64,000 nucleotides of DNA from Hyaloraphidium curvatum SAG 235-1 (Eukaryota; Fungi; Monoblepharomycota). Within the stretch, counting starts at the first letter, position 1. Every line of letters begins with the position of its first letter. This document shows, one piece after another, positions 1 to 12,380 of this stretch. Location: assembly GCA_025558095.1 (NCBI GenBank), contig JAIVFI010000014.1, positions 434,001 through 498,000 of the forward strand. The letters are read 5' to 3'. The notes beneath the pieces are model-generated. The model made no database searches. It worked only from the letters and a program-made list of their open reading frames with translations, and was not told the DNA's origin. The position numbers and the translations under genes are program-made.

Positions 1-3000
1 TTCAGCTCCGCTCGCATGAGGCGCCAGATGTTGAGGACGATCCTGCCATCGACGTGCACGCTGGAGGCCTTTCTGAAGCCCCAGTTATCGTCCTCTCGGG
101 TGTAGCGCGTCCTTCCAACCTTGTCCCGCACGCGGGACATCTCGGCGCACAGGTCGATGTCTAAAGTGATTACTGTGAGACATCAGTAGGAAAGCGATCA
201 GCCAGCACCGACCGTAGATCTTGGCCGCACGCTCGATCAGATAGCCCCAGCTTTCGGACTGCAGCTCGTAACCTACTATGATGTCCGGATCGAACTCAAG
301 CACGAGCTCGATGAAACGGCGGAAAAGATCCTCCTCCGTCGGCACCAGTTCCTCGACCAAGTGGCCGAGTCCCATCCTTCGAAGGCTGAAGTTCCGGTCG
401 ACTCTCAGGAAGCCCACATGGTATCCCTGGCGGTGGCCGTTGTCCGGATAGAAGCGGTGGTTTTGCGTCTGCAGGCAGAAGACGATGAACTCCACCGGGT
501 CGTGCGCAGGATCGGGACGCAGCAGGTCCCGTGTCGTCACTGCCAGAGGGTCAGCACCCGACACGATGTGTGACACGGGTACCTACCGTGGCACTCTGCG
601 CTCATGATCGTAAGGTACTGCTGTGCATGAGTCACGGAATCGGTCTTGTTCTGATCGAACTTGAATCCGTACTTATTCGACGGCGTCGGACCTTCGACCT
701 GGGAGATGTCGCGCGGATTCGGGACTGTGATCAATCCGGCTCCGTTCTCGCTCACTGAAACGTCTTTCGGTCAGACGGGGGCGGCTTTGCGGTGAATGAC
801 GTACCGCGCGGGGCGGTCGCTTCCGAGATGTCGGCCTGACCGCCCTGTCGCTCGCCTTTCGCCCTCTGGAGATCCTGCAACCACGTTGCAACGTCCTCCG
901 GATGCGGAGGCGGCTTCAGCGGAGTCCAGAAGCGCGACGTCGGGCGAAGGCCATCTCTCGAACGCGAGCCCATCCTTCCGTCCCCAGAACCGAAGTTCGA
1001 GTCGAAGGGCTTGAGCCACTCCAACCCCTGCCCCGGAATGCGGAAATCCCTCCCTGCAATGTTTCGGGTCCTCGCCGGCACGTCCTTTGGGTTGGAATAG
1101 TGCGGGGGTTGGTAAACGAATTCTGGGACGCCGAACTCCGGAAGCGTGGAAAGCAGCGCAGCAGCGCTGGGCGGTGGCTTTGCAGGGGTAAAGCAGCGCG
1201 AGGCTTCTGTCCGATCTGCCCCAGGTGTAGCTCCTGCGGCAACCATAGGCTCGTCCGACGCATGATCCGCCCCCGGCGCACTGGGTTGCATTGCAAGTGC
1301 TTCAGCGGCATCTGCACGACGTCCGGGGGAACTGATCTTTGGAGGAGAGCCGAACATCGCCTTTGGATCCGGCGGCGGAACATCGTCACCCGCACTGGAA
1401 GGCGTGGACCAAAGGCCCAAATTGCGGGCAAACTCAGGATCCATGCTCGACTGCAGCGCGCGATCGATCGGCACCTCGATTGGGATGTCTTGAGACCTCG
1501 AGGAAACTGGCCCTTCTTCCAACTGGGGCCCGTCCAGATCCATCGGTTGAGTCCCGGTGTCCAGTCCAAGGCCACCAGCGGCCGTGCTGTGCAGTACGGA
1601 GCCCGAGCCAGCCCCGCTTCCGGCGTCTGTCCGGGCCTTTTTCCGAGCCGCTCCCCTGCCGTGCGACGTAACCACGTCTTGGCTGTTTGATGCGCGGGCA
1701 AAACCGTGGGAGCCGCGACGAATGCCATCGACGACCCCGCTGATCGATTTCATTCGCCGCGACTTGCGTTCGGCGACCGAATTGCTCAGGTCAACCTCAT
1801 CGTCGTCCTCGACGTCCTCGGGGCCGGGGCCGTCGTACTGCGGCAGGCGTATCTTCCACCCGTCGACGTTGCCTTCCTGCGAGTCCCCGGAAACTTCTTC
1901 GTCCGAGTCGGGCGGCGGCTCCGGGTCGGGTCGGTCAGCACCGTTCCCTCCGTTGGGCGTCGGTGCGTACGAGAAAACGGAGGAGTAGTGCTCCGCCACA
2001 AAGTCCCAGTCCGGATCCTCCGGACCGTCGCCATGCTCGCCTTCTCCGATGTCCGCGTCGAGCTCCGGCTCGCCCCGGGCGTCCTCTCCAAAGAGCTCCT
2101 CCTCGAGATCCTCCAGCTCGTCCTCGTTCTCGGGCCGATCGGCGTCAGCATCCACGTCCAGAAAGTCCAGCTCCAGCTCCTCGACTGCAGCAGGGACTTC
2201 GACCGGCCTGCCGGGCTCGCCGTTCACCGGAGCAGCCTCGGGAGTGCGGTACGCCTGGCTCAGGCGGGCACGGCCCGCAGGCCGGGTAAGGGGCGTCCGC
2301 GCAGCCTGAGCGGCGAGCTCGCTGATCAGCGCCTCGTCGACCACGACGTCGTCTTCCTCGGGCGCTAAGCTGTCGCTGTTGTTGGGCGTCGAGAACCGGT
2401 CACGCTGGGTCATCCCCGGGCGCAGCTTCTCGGCGATCTGCCAGGGTGTCATCGAGTTCCTCGTCCAGCGCGCACCGGTCCGTGGGCTCGTTCTCCTCGT
2501 CGCAGGCCGTCCCGGGGTCGCGAATCTGACCGGGGTGGCCGGGTCGGGTGCCGCCGGAGGCGGTCTCCACGGCAGCGAAGGCCAGAGGAGCTCGGCAGAC
2601 TGCCAGGCTGATGGCACGGCGTTCCCATCCAGGGCTTCCAGGCCCGGAAAAAGCCCAGCGGGGTCCGGTGGCGCGCCGGAGCGCTTGTCGCGCCCCTGCC
2701 TGATACTTGCCTCGATCTCCTTCCACAGCTCCTCCTCCCCACCCCACTTTGGCTTCCGGCGTCCGTCGGGCTCGGTCTCGACGTTGTCCCTCGGCACCCG
2801 GTTCTCCTTTTCCACAGCTTTGTCGATCTCGTCCGGGTCCATTCCCGCGCGCCGCCGCCTCTCCCTCTCGTCCTCCCAGACCGCGTCCACGCTGGGCACG
2901 TGCTTCATGGGGTGCACGAGGTCCTTCCGCGGCCCCAGGAGGTCGATCAGTGCCTCGTCCGGCTTTTCGGAGACGGCGTCGCGGTTGCAGATGTCCATCG

Positions 3001-3935
3001 CCCAGACGTCGAATTCGAGGTCCAGCTCCGATTGCCGCTGCGGCGGGCGCGGGGGGCCGTCCGCGGGCCAGAGCCACGCCGCGGGCAGCGTCGCGTCGGT
3101 GTAGAACGCGGCCGGGTCGCGGGCGCGGTCCGCGTTGAGCACGCCCGGTCTCCGGAAGCGGGCCTCGGCCACGTGCAGCATGTCCATTCCGTAGAGGTTG
3201 TGGTCGAGCATGAACTGCAGCGAGTAGGGGAAGTGCGACTCGAACGTGTCGAACGTGCGGCCGAGCACGGCGCCCTGCTGCATGAGCTTCTCGCATTTGG
3301 ACGTCAGGCCGGGGTCCAGGAAGTGGATCTTGAGGAAGAAGGAGTAGCCGGCGTGGAAGCCGTAGAACTTGATGCCCTTGACCAGGAAGATCGAGTGCAC
3401 GTGCTGCGACCTGATCGGGTCGTTGGGGTCGCGGTTGAGGAACGCGGAGAGGGCGCGTTCGATGGAGGCGCCGAGGCGGTAGATGTAGAGCCGGCAGTCC
3501 TCTGTCAGCAGGTCTTCGTCAACCTCCTCCCCGTCGCCTCCCGGGTCCCCGGGCTGCCTGGCTAGCGGCTGCGGCCCCTCGTAAGGAATGTAAAAGTACG
3601 GAAAGACCTGAAAAGGGACGCGTTGGGGGCCATGCAGCTCCGAGACGAGGTCCACCCACGTTGTGGACGTGGACCAGGCACTTCTGCCCGACCGGCGTCA
3701 GGCCGTACACGCGCAGCACCGGCACGCACCGCAGCGGTGTGCCCGTCGGCGCGAACTCGCTGTAGACGCCCCCGCGGCCGCCGACCGCGTCGCCCTGGAA
3801 CCGCGCGTCGGGCGGCGCCAGGTAGTGGTCGATGCACAGGATGCGCACCGACACCGCGGCCGGGCGGCGGGCCGCGGACGATGAGGGCGTGCCGGCGCCC
3901 GCAGACCCGCCATCGGGGGGCTCAGGGCCGTTCAT
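1..3935 (-). CDS. REV3: DNA polymerase zeta catalytic subunit (5' part; multi-exon; runs off the window start)
   Basis: REV3 N-terminal motifs IDHYLAPP, VPVLRVYGLTPVGQKCLVHVH(N)/VFPYFYIPY, VKGIKFYGFH and FESHFPYSLQFMLDHNLYGM. Exonuclease-like DPDIIVGYELQSESWGYLIERA and HVDGRIVLNIWRLMRAE near base 1. Short GT-AG introns. Confidence 0.93.
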
Positions 3936-4025
3936 CCGTGAAGTGTGGGCACGTGGAGGGGGCTGTCGTCCCAAGTATCAATCAATCTGCCGTGACGATC
4001 GAGAAGGTTCTCATGCTATTGGGTA

Positions 4026-4967
4026 TCACGGTATCCTGACCGACCTGATCTCCCTGCCTCCGGCCACCCTCTCCGCCTCCGAGTCGAACTCCAGGGCCGC
4101 CACCTCGACGATCTGGTACTGCGCGTTCCTGCTCAGCTGCTCCCCCGTCACCGTCGCCTCGGCCGCCGTCACCTCGCCGCGCTTGCCGGGGTCGAGCACC
4201 AGCAGGCTGCAGTCCATGTCGGCGCCGCCGTGGCCGTTGCCGTCCCAGCGGACCCCGGCGATCGTGCGCGAGTGGCCCTGGTGCTGGAAGTACAGCGGCA
4301 GGCGGTCCACCTTGGAGACTCCGGGGCGCAGGGGCGCGTCGCGGGCAAAGTAGTCGAACGCAAACTCGACGAGGCGCGGGTGGGTCCGCATCGGCCCCGT
4401 GGGTTTGTGGAAGTCGACCACCTTGGCGCGGAAGCCGAGGTGGATCAGGAACACGGCGGCTTCGGTCGCTCCGATCCACTTGCGGGTGCCGACGAGCTTG
4501 CCGTCAAAGTGCTTGCGCCCCGCGGGGTCGAAGCCCCCGGCCCACGCCTTTTCGATCGCCTCCTGGATCTGCCGCACCGTCGGGACCCCGCGCGAGCCGA
4601 GGATGCGCAGCAGCCTGTCTTCGACCCCGGGGTGGACCAGCAGCGCCGACAGCAGCGTCTGCAGGTTGCGGTAGCCGCACAGGTGCTCGCGGGACACGTC
4701 GAAGTACTGCGCGAGGTTGCCGCAGACGAGCGCGCCCATGTCCGGCGGCACATCGCGGCGTAGCGACGCGAGCAGCTGGTCCACGGCGCGTCCGTTGAAG
4801 TCCGAGCCCGGGGCGTCGCGACCGTTGGGTGCCCCGGCGAGCCCGTTTGCTTCTGCGGGGTCATTTTCGGGAGGCGGGGCAAAGTGCCCGTCTGCGTGCT
4901 CCGCGGCCTCGTCCGGCTCCAGAAAAGTCCCGCAGACCGGGCACTCGACCAGGCTGTCTCCTGCCAT
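4026..4967 (-). CDS. ZUP1/ZUFSP/Mug105-like peptidase C78 deubiquitinase with an N-terminal UBZ-like zinc finger
   Basis: CGYRNLQ catalytic Cys motif, AWAGGFDP.G, WIGATE, PLYFQHQGHSRTI, LVLDP. N-terminal CPVC...HADGH. ATG at 4967. Confidence 0.85.
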   Translation of the reverse strand: MAGDSLVECPVCGTFLEPDEAAEHADGHFAPPPENDPAEANGLAGAPNGRDAPGSDFNGRAVDQLLASLRRDVPPDMGALVCGNLAQYFDVSREHLCGYRNLQTLLSALLVHPGVEDRLLRILGSRGVPTVRQIQEAIEKAWAGGFDPAGRKHFDGKLVGTRKWIGATEAAVFLIHLGFRAKVVDFHKPTGPMRTHPRLVEFAFDYFARDAPLRPGVSKVDRLPLYFQHQGHSRTIAGVRWDGNGHGGADMDCSLLVLDPGKRGEVTAAEATVTGEQLSRNAQYQIVEVAALEFDSEAERVAGGREIRSVRIP

Positions 4968-5094
4968 TTCCCTGCGGTTTATGGCGTGCGCTCTCCAGTG
5001 CTTGCTTCGGGGTTGCGTGTCGGTGATTGCCGGCCGATCGCGTTGCACTTCAACAATCGGAATGTCACTGCCACCCCCTCCGGCGGGCCGCGGG

Positions 5095-8000
5095 ATGGAG
5101 CGGCGGCGCACGGTCGGCGGCGATGAGCTCGGGTTCGCGCCGACCGCCGACGAGGCGGCGCTGTTCGGCGCGCTGTTCCGCCGCGCCGACGACGGGTCGG
5201 GCGCCGCGCCGCCCGCCGCCGTGCTGAACCTGCTGCCGCGCTCGGGCCTGCCGAAGGACACGCTGCGCGCAATCTGGGCCGTGGCCGACGCGGACAACCG
5301 CGGCTTCCTCACCATGGCGGGCTTCTTCCGCGCGCTCAAGCTGGTCGCCGTCGCCCAGGCAGGCCAGCCAGTCAGCCCGGGCCTGCTGGGAATGAGTGGG
5401 CACTTGCACTGCGAAGGCCGATCGCCGCTCACCAGACTGTCGCCCGGCTGCAGAGACGCCGCTGCCCGTGTTCGAGGACGTCGCCGGCGACGCGCCGCCC
5501 GCGCCGCCCCAGAACCTGGCGCGATCAGGCACCGGCTTCGGCGGCGACGCGTCCAACCCCGCATTCAACGTGGCGCCCGAGGAGCGCCAGCGCTGGATGA
5601 ACGCGTTCCAACAGGCTGGCCCGCAGAACGGCCTCGTGGGGGCCGTCGCCGCCCGGGACTTTTTCCTGCGGTCCGGCCTGCCGCCCGAGACGCTCTCTAG
5701 GATATGGTTGGTTGGATCGGAAGGCATTACGGGCTGTGACGCTCACGCATCGTGCCAGGACGCTCGCCGACGCCCAGGGCCGCGGCGCGCTCGGCGTCAA
5801 CGAGTTCCTCGTCGCCATGTTCCTCATCTCGCGCGTCAAGGCCGGCGCCTTCCCCGGCGTGCCCGGCTCCCTGCCGCCGCAAGTGCTGGCCGCGATCACG
5901 GGCCAGCCCGCGCAGCAGCCCTTTGCCGACGGGCCTGCTCCGGTTTCCTCGGCGCCGCTGGCCTCGCCCTCCAAGGCGCCGACGTCGACCTCGCCCCTCC
6001 CGGACTCGTTCGCGTCGACCGTGGCGCCGGCGAGGCTGCCGAGCAGCGACGGGGCACCCGCACCGTGGCTCATCGGACCCAAGGAGAAGGACGCGTACGA
6101 CAGGGTCTTTGAGAAGGCGGACATGGCCGGCAAGGGCTACCTGACCAGTGGGTTCTGTCGCCGCAGCGCGCTAAAGCCACTATTGACGCGTCGCGATGTA
6201 GCCGAGGAAGCCTCGTCGTTCTTCCGGCAATCGAACCTGCCTTCGAACACCCTCGCGAACATTTGGTGAGCAGATCGGACGACACTCGCACCTCTGTCGC
6301 TAAGGGCCATCATTCAGGACGCTTTCGAACATTTCCAAGTCCGGACGCTACTCCAAGGACGAGTTTGCCGTGGCCATGCACCTGATCCGGCAGGCCCGGG
6401 CAGACGTGCCGCTGCCGACCGTCCTCCCGCCCAACCTCGTGCCCCCCTCGATGCGCCGGCCCTCCGTCACCGCCCCTGCACCTGCACCCGCAGCCCCGCC
6501 CCCGGTGACGCAGTCGTTCTCGCAGGACCTCTTTTCCTTCGACGCCCCCGCCGCCGCCCCAGCTCCGCCGCCTATGACGGCCGCCTCCAGCGGTATCTTC
6601 TCGGCCGCGGCTTCGATCCCGCCCACTCCTGCGCCGACGCGGACCATGACGGTGCCCGCGAGCACCCCGTCGGCGCAGCAGAGCTTCTTCGACTCGGTGC
6701 CCGCGAGCGTGGGCGGCAGGAGCCCCATGCTGGGCACCGAAACGCCGAGCCCTCTGGTCCCGGCCGGGATCCCTCCCGCCGCCGCGGCCGCGGCAAAGGC
6801 CGCGCAGCAGGCCGAGGACACGCTCCGCTCCGACATCGCCAACAAGAAGCAGGAGATCAGCATGGCGCAGGTGCAGGCCGCCACGATCAACATCTCGGCC
6901 GAGCAGACCAAGCAGCGCCGCGCGGACCTCGAGGCCGAGCTCGCGCAGCTCAACGCGGAGCGCGCCGAGCTCGCGACCAAGGTCAACCAGATCAAGACGC
7001 TGTACGAGGCCGACAAGCAGGTCGTGCAGCAGCTCGAGTCCCAGGCGCTCCCGCTGAGGACCGAGGTGTCGTCGCTGCAGCAGGGTCTCTCGCAGACGTC
7101 GCAGCAGAGGGACGGGCTGAGGACGCAGATTGACGCCATGAATGCCGAGATCGTGGGGCTGCAGGCGCAGGCGACCGCGCTGAGGGCCGACAACGACGCG
7201 CTCAATGCGGAGCTGGAGGCCGCCAACGAGGGCTTCGTCTCGCTGGGCGTGCAGATCGACACGCTCAAGGCCGAGCTGGAGCACCGCCGGTCGGAGCTCG
7301 AGAGGGTGCAGGGCGAGCGGTCGGCGCGTGCGGCTGAGGTCGAGGCCCGCAAGGCCGAGCTGGCCGCGCTGCAGCAGGAGCGCGAGAGGATCCGGCAGGA
7401 GACGGAGCGCGCGGCGCGGGAGGCCGAGCTCGCTGCGCAGGAGGCGGCCGAGATTGCGGCACGGACCGCGGCGCTGGCGGCATCGGAGATCGAAAGCACT
7501 GCGGCCCCCGTATCGGGTCCCACCGAGGGCACATTTGCTGCGGCCGAAGCAGCGCCGGCTGCCGACGGCGATGCCGCCAAACCGCAGCTGACCGTGGACG
7601 TGAACGTGGACCCCTTTGCCGAACCGTCGGGGCCGTCGCCGCCGATTCCGGATTCGTCGACCAAGCCGACGCGTTCGACGACCTCGGGCGCCACCCCGGA
7701 ACCCCGGAGCACGGAGGAGAAGCCCGCAGAAACAGTCACCCCCGTGAGCCTGGCTACGGCACCTGCAGCGGACCCCTTCGCCGCGGAACCTCCGCATGAA
7801 CCTGAACAAGCCGCGGAGGCTGCAGCGACGGAGCCCGCGCCGGAAGTCGCACAGCCTGCGGAGGAAACGGCGCCAGAGGAACGCCCCGCCCGCACCCCGT
7901 CGCCGTTCGATGTGGACGGCTTCCAGGGTCGGTTCCCGGACATCGAGGTGCCCGAGGAGGTCGAAGCGGAAGCTGCGCCTCCGGAAGCAGCTGTAACGCC

Positions 8001-9153
8001 GCTGGCTAACCCAGACCAAGGCGAGCAGGTGGTTGAGGCGGTATCGCCATTCGCTGCCGAACCTGCTGCCCCCGAGACCCGCCCGTCTGCGGCCGCCGAA
8101 CAGCCTGCTGCCGTTGCGTGGCCCGCCGAGGTTGCACCTGCAGCGGCGCCGGATGCCGAGCCGGTGAATCCCTTCGAGGTCGAGGAGGAGATCCCTCCCG
8201 AGCCCGCTCCCTTCCCGGAGGTCCCGGCACCTGTCTCCGAATCGCCCGTCGCAGCGCCAGTGCCTGAACCGCCTCTCGCTGTCCCGGAGCAGCCTGCGCC
8301 TTCGGTGCCCGACGCACCGGCTCCGACGTCGAGCCCGATAAAGACCCCGTTCGACATTCCGGACCTGGATGCCGAATTCGAAGACGCCTTCAAGGACATC
8401 CCCGCCGCCCCCGCTGCTGCTGCGGCAGGTCCCTCGGCTGTTTTCGACGACTCGGTTTTCGATGCTGCTTTCGAGGACGACTCCTTCAAGTTCGAAACGC
8501 AGGCCAAGTTTGCGGCACCGCCCACTAAGCCGGCAGAGTCCCAATCGGCGGATGTCAGCCCCGTCTCGGGCATCAACCCTGCTTTCGTCAACTTCGACGC
8601 GGCTTTCGATGCCCCGTTCGAGGGCGGATTTGCAGGCGGCGCCGCCGCACCCGAGGAGGATCCTTTCGTTGCCATCACCAAGGGGACCACGGCGGATCCT
8701 TTCCCTGACTCGAAGGCGGACCTGGACTCCGCGTTTGGACCGTCCACGGTTCCAACGGCGGGTCACGGGGATGACAACCCTTTCGCCTCGGACAGCGGGC
8801 TTGCCCCGCAGGCTGCCGCCGCCGCATTCGACGCGGCGTTCGAGGCCGATTTTGATTCCGCGTTTGCGAACGCGGCGCCCGCGGCCGGGGTCCCTCCAAC
8901 TGTGACAATCCCGCCGCCGGGAAGCGCTCCCGTCGCTGCAGCGGGACTCACGGCGTCTCCTAGGACTTCTTCGCTTCCCAAGGCGAACGGGTCGGCTGTT
9001 GCGGCACCGCGACCACCGACGGCGGCCGACGACGAGGCGCCCGAGGTGAAGCAGGTGAAGGAGATTGCGGGATGCACCACGGAGCAAGCGGTGGATGCGC
9101 TGGCGAAGAACGACTGGGACGTGCAGAGGGCCGTGAACTCCATCTTTGGGTAG
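5095..9153 (+). CDS. EDE1: EH-domain endocytic adaptor (Ede1/Eps15-like): 3 EH domains, coiled coil, DPF/NPF-rich region, C-terminal UBA
   Basis: Three EH signatures (SGLPKDTLRAIWAVAD, SGLPPETLSRIW, SNLPSNTLANIW...EFAVAMHLI), a long heptad region, many DPF/NPF motifs, and a UBA-like end QAVDALAKNDWDVQRAVNSIF. Several short introns. Confidence 0.9.
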
Positions 9154-9188
9154 CGGGGTATTTGTAGGATGGGGTTACAGGAAGGTAA

Positions 9189-10928
9189 CTAAACTAGTTG
9201 GGATGGCGAAAGCACGTCCCTTTGCTTCTGCGCCAGGTCTCTTGCCCAGTGCACAATGTCCGACAAGTAGTCAGGTTCGCCGCAGGCATCGGCGGCTTCC
9301 ACCAGCTTGTCCAGATCGTGCAGGAGGTCTTCGGCGTACTGCCAAGGCTTCCGGGGATGTTTGGCGGTCCAGGTCTTCATGATGAAGAGATCGGCCGACA
9401 CCAAGAACAACCTCGCCGCGGCGACCTCTTCCGCAGACAGGTCAAGCGAGTCCGAATCGACAAAGTCCCGCACGTGCGTGCAAATGAGCCAGTGCGCGCA
9501 GTGCAAAGGAGGCGTGGGCGTCTGGACCGAGGTGACGAGGAATTCGACGAAAGGTTCGGCACCGCGGGTCTGGTCTCTGCCCTTCAAGACGGGTGCGACG
9601 TTCTTGGCGAGCTTCGTTGCAGCCTCACGAAACAGAGCATCGTGTTTCTGCCGCGTCGATGTGAGTTGCGCCGGCGGCATCAATCTGGCTCGCGCCCACC
9701 TCGTCCTCCAGATCGAGGTAGCCGTCCTCGAGCTTGGCAAGCTTCGCTACCGCCTTGGCATCCAGCTTCTTGCCGCACTTCGCGCACAGCCACTTGGGCG
9801 GCAGCGCAAATGCCTGCCCATCCTTGGTGCACGTGCACTGCGCCGCCCGCATCACGTCGTCCGAGGAACAAAGCTCACAGTGGCAAGTGAAGCCCCGGAT
9901 AGTGAGCCGCGATTGGCGGTGCGCCGCCGGCAGCATTGATTCGTCCGTGTACGAGATCGTGATGGACTCGCCTTTGGCGATCGGCGCGATGCAACGAAGG
10001 GTAAGCCAGGTGGGGTGCGGGCCCGCCGCAGTTGACGAGGCGTCCGGCGCGGCAGCGTCGGCGTCCGGAGGATTCAGAATCACCGTGGCGTTGGGTAGAC
10101 AGGAATGATTGCAGAACGATCCCGCAAAATAGACCCCGACTTCCTCCTCGATCTCGACGGCATCTCCAAGGTCGCTTCCCAGATCGTCCTGGGTGCCGTC
10201 GGCCTTGTCGGCCGAGTGGCAGTTGGTTTCGATGACGTGGATCAGGTGCTCGATGGCATCGATGGACACGGGAGGCGGTTTCGACTTGGCCTTCTTGGCA
10301 TTCTTCCGGTACCTTTCCGTCCATTGCTTCGCCCCGGATCTCCAGTAAGGCAAGCGGTCCGGGTCCGTCTCCTGCGCCAAGGTCTGCAGAGCGTCATGCG
10401 ACCGTGGAGACTAAAGGCGCGTTTGCGGCCACCCACCGACGTCACGCCGTCCGTCGAGAGCGCCGCGAGGGCCCCCAGCGCGAACTCCTTTGCTTCGCTC
10501 GGCCCACCCAAGATGTGTGTGTAGTGCAGCAGCAGTCGCTGCCAGTCGTGAGGCAGCGGCACCGACCGGTACGGATTGTTCTTGAATGGCGGCCTCGGGC
10601 TCGTGTGCAGCAGGGGCGGTTCGTGGAAGATGACGTCCCCTGGCTCGAAGTCGCGAGCGGCAACCATGACACGTCCGGCTCCTTCCGGGGCTTTGGAGGG
10701 CCCCTCGTCGTCATCGTCGACCCAGTCGTCGCCGCCATCGGCGTCGTCCGTCGATGCATCGTTTTCGGGAGCGGATTCTGCGTCGCCGGACTTCGAGAGG
10801 GGCGGCCCGGCCTGCGACGCGAGCACGACGTCGATCCTCGAGTCCAGGCCGCGATCGCGCAGATAGGCCCGTATGAACTCCAGCTGCGCCTCGGGAGACG
10901 CGCCCGGGCCCGCGTCCCTCGTCGCCAT
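9189..10928 (-). CDS. SET-domain (SMYD-like) lysine methyltransferase
   Basis: GRVMVAARDFEPGDVIFHEPP, SFCNHSCLPNA, IAKGESITISY, post-SET FTCHCELC. Frame changes fit GT-AG introns near 10.4 kb and 9.65-9.70 kb. Confidence 0.85.
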
Positions 10929-11282
10929 GCGGTTGTTCGATGTGGTAGGTTTGGTTGTTGGTCCCCGACCGAAATTACCCCTCCGCGTCAGCGCGACGGA
11001 CATGAGGGGCCCGGCGGAGAAATCCCTTTGCGCGGGTGATCCTGGGAGGTCCTGGGTGCGGCCTTCAAAGCCGTAGGGGCGGAGACGCCCAGCGGTTCGA
11101 CTCCGCCTCCTGCGCGAGTCCCCTTTTTGCTTCGGATCGCAGGACATCCTTTCGGGGTGCACCCCTCATGGACATCCGCCGCCCGCCGTTCGGATCAATG
11201 GTCTAGAGCATCACAACGAGTGGTACATTACATCAAGCGCAAGGTGGGAAAGCAGAGCGGCAAACGATCATCCGAGCAGCAG

Positions 11283-12015
11283 TCACGAGCGAGTCACTGG
11301 GGCGATCACGGTGCCAAGAACCTGCTGCGCCATCTTTGCGAGCACCGCGGTTCGCTGAGCCACGGGCAGAGCCCAAAACACCTCTGCGACGGATTTTCCC
11401 TTGGCATCTGCAGACGGCATTACCGTGAGCGAGAGGCCAAACGAACACGAGCCCTTCCTCACCTCTGATCTGTCCTAGGTAACCCCCGGCGGCGCCGCCT
11501 GCCAGTGCGCCAGCTGGAACAATAGTCAGCAAGAGAAAATAAACGCGTAGCAAGTTTCACTGACGAACGCTGCCCACGATGAACCCCAATATGGCACCCG
11601 ACATCGCCCCCAAGGGTCGCCAAAGCGGGATCGCTGATCCCTCGAGCTCAGGCCGGATAAGGTCCTCAAAGATGTTGCCAAACATGGCATTCGCGTCCTG
11701 GTGCTCTTCCCTAGAGTCTGCCGACCCGGTTCCCGGATGCGATCTGAGCTCCTTCAGGTACGCGTCGTATGCGCGTCTCCGGTCCTCGTTCGACAGCGTG
11801 TAGTACGCGTCCGCAACGAGCTGGAAGCGCGCCGTCGCTTCCTCCCTCCGCGATGGGTCCACCCTATCCGGGTGCGTCAACAATGCTTGGCGCATGTACG
11901 CGGTCCTTAGGTCCTCGAGCGACGCGTCCTCGGCGACATCGAGGACCGAGTAGTAGTCTTCCGATTCGGACTGTTGCGGGCCCCTGCCTCCCGACGCGGC
12001 GGCCGCTGCTGCCAT
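11283..12015 (-). CDS. DnaJ (J-domain) protein with a Gly-rich hydrophobic C-terminal segment
   Basis: DYYSVLDV...AYMRQALLTHPDR...FQLVADAYYTLSNEDRRRAYD. Spliced C-terminus IRDAKGKSVAEVF ends at TGA 11283. Confidence 0.85.
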
Positions 12016-12380
12016 TGGGTGGCGAAAAGCCGTTTAGGCTCCTGGGAGGTGCGAAATGCTGGTGCGCGTGCGGCGGCACCGCCCACTGCTTCTTTGCTTG
12101 GCCCCACAACGCCCCCAGGCGAACGGATGCCGCCACGTGGGTATCGGCGCAGTGCACCTGCGTGCAATGCCGCCCCGCAGCCGGCGGCCGCGGTGTTGCC
12201 GCCGGCTCGCGCTGCCGCGACCGGCGGCGTACCGCGTCTGTTATCTTTGCCAATCTGACGCCGTCGCCCCCGCATCCCGCGCCTCCCGTGCCTCGCCGAC
12301 CGCCGCTCCGCCGCGTTGCAGGCCGTTGCTGAGCACCCCCTAGCCCCTCGCGCGCGCAGCCCCGCGGATCGCATCGCGGG

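Noticed and set aside
6310-9087. Long antisense ORFs over EDE1, and likewise 24336-26588 (+) and 22846-24294 (-)
   Set aside because: These are shadow ORFs caused by high GC and codon bias on the opposite coding strand.
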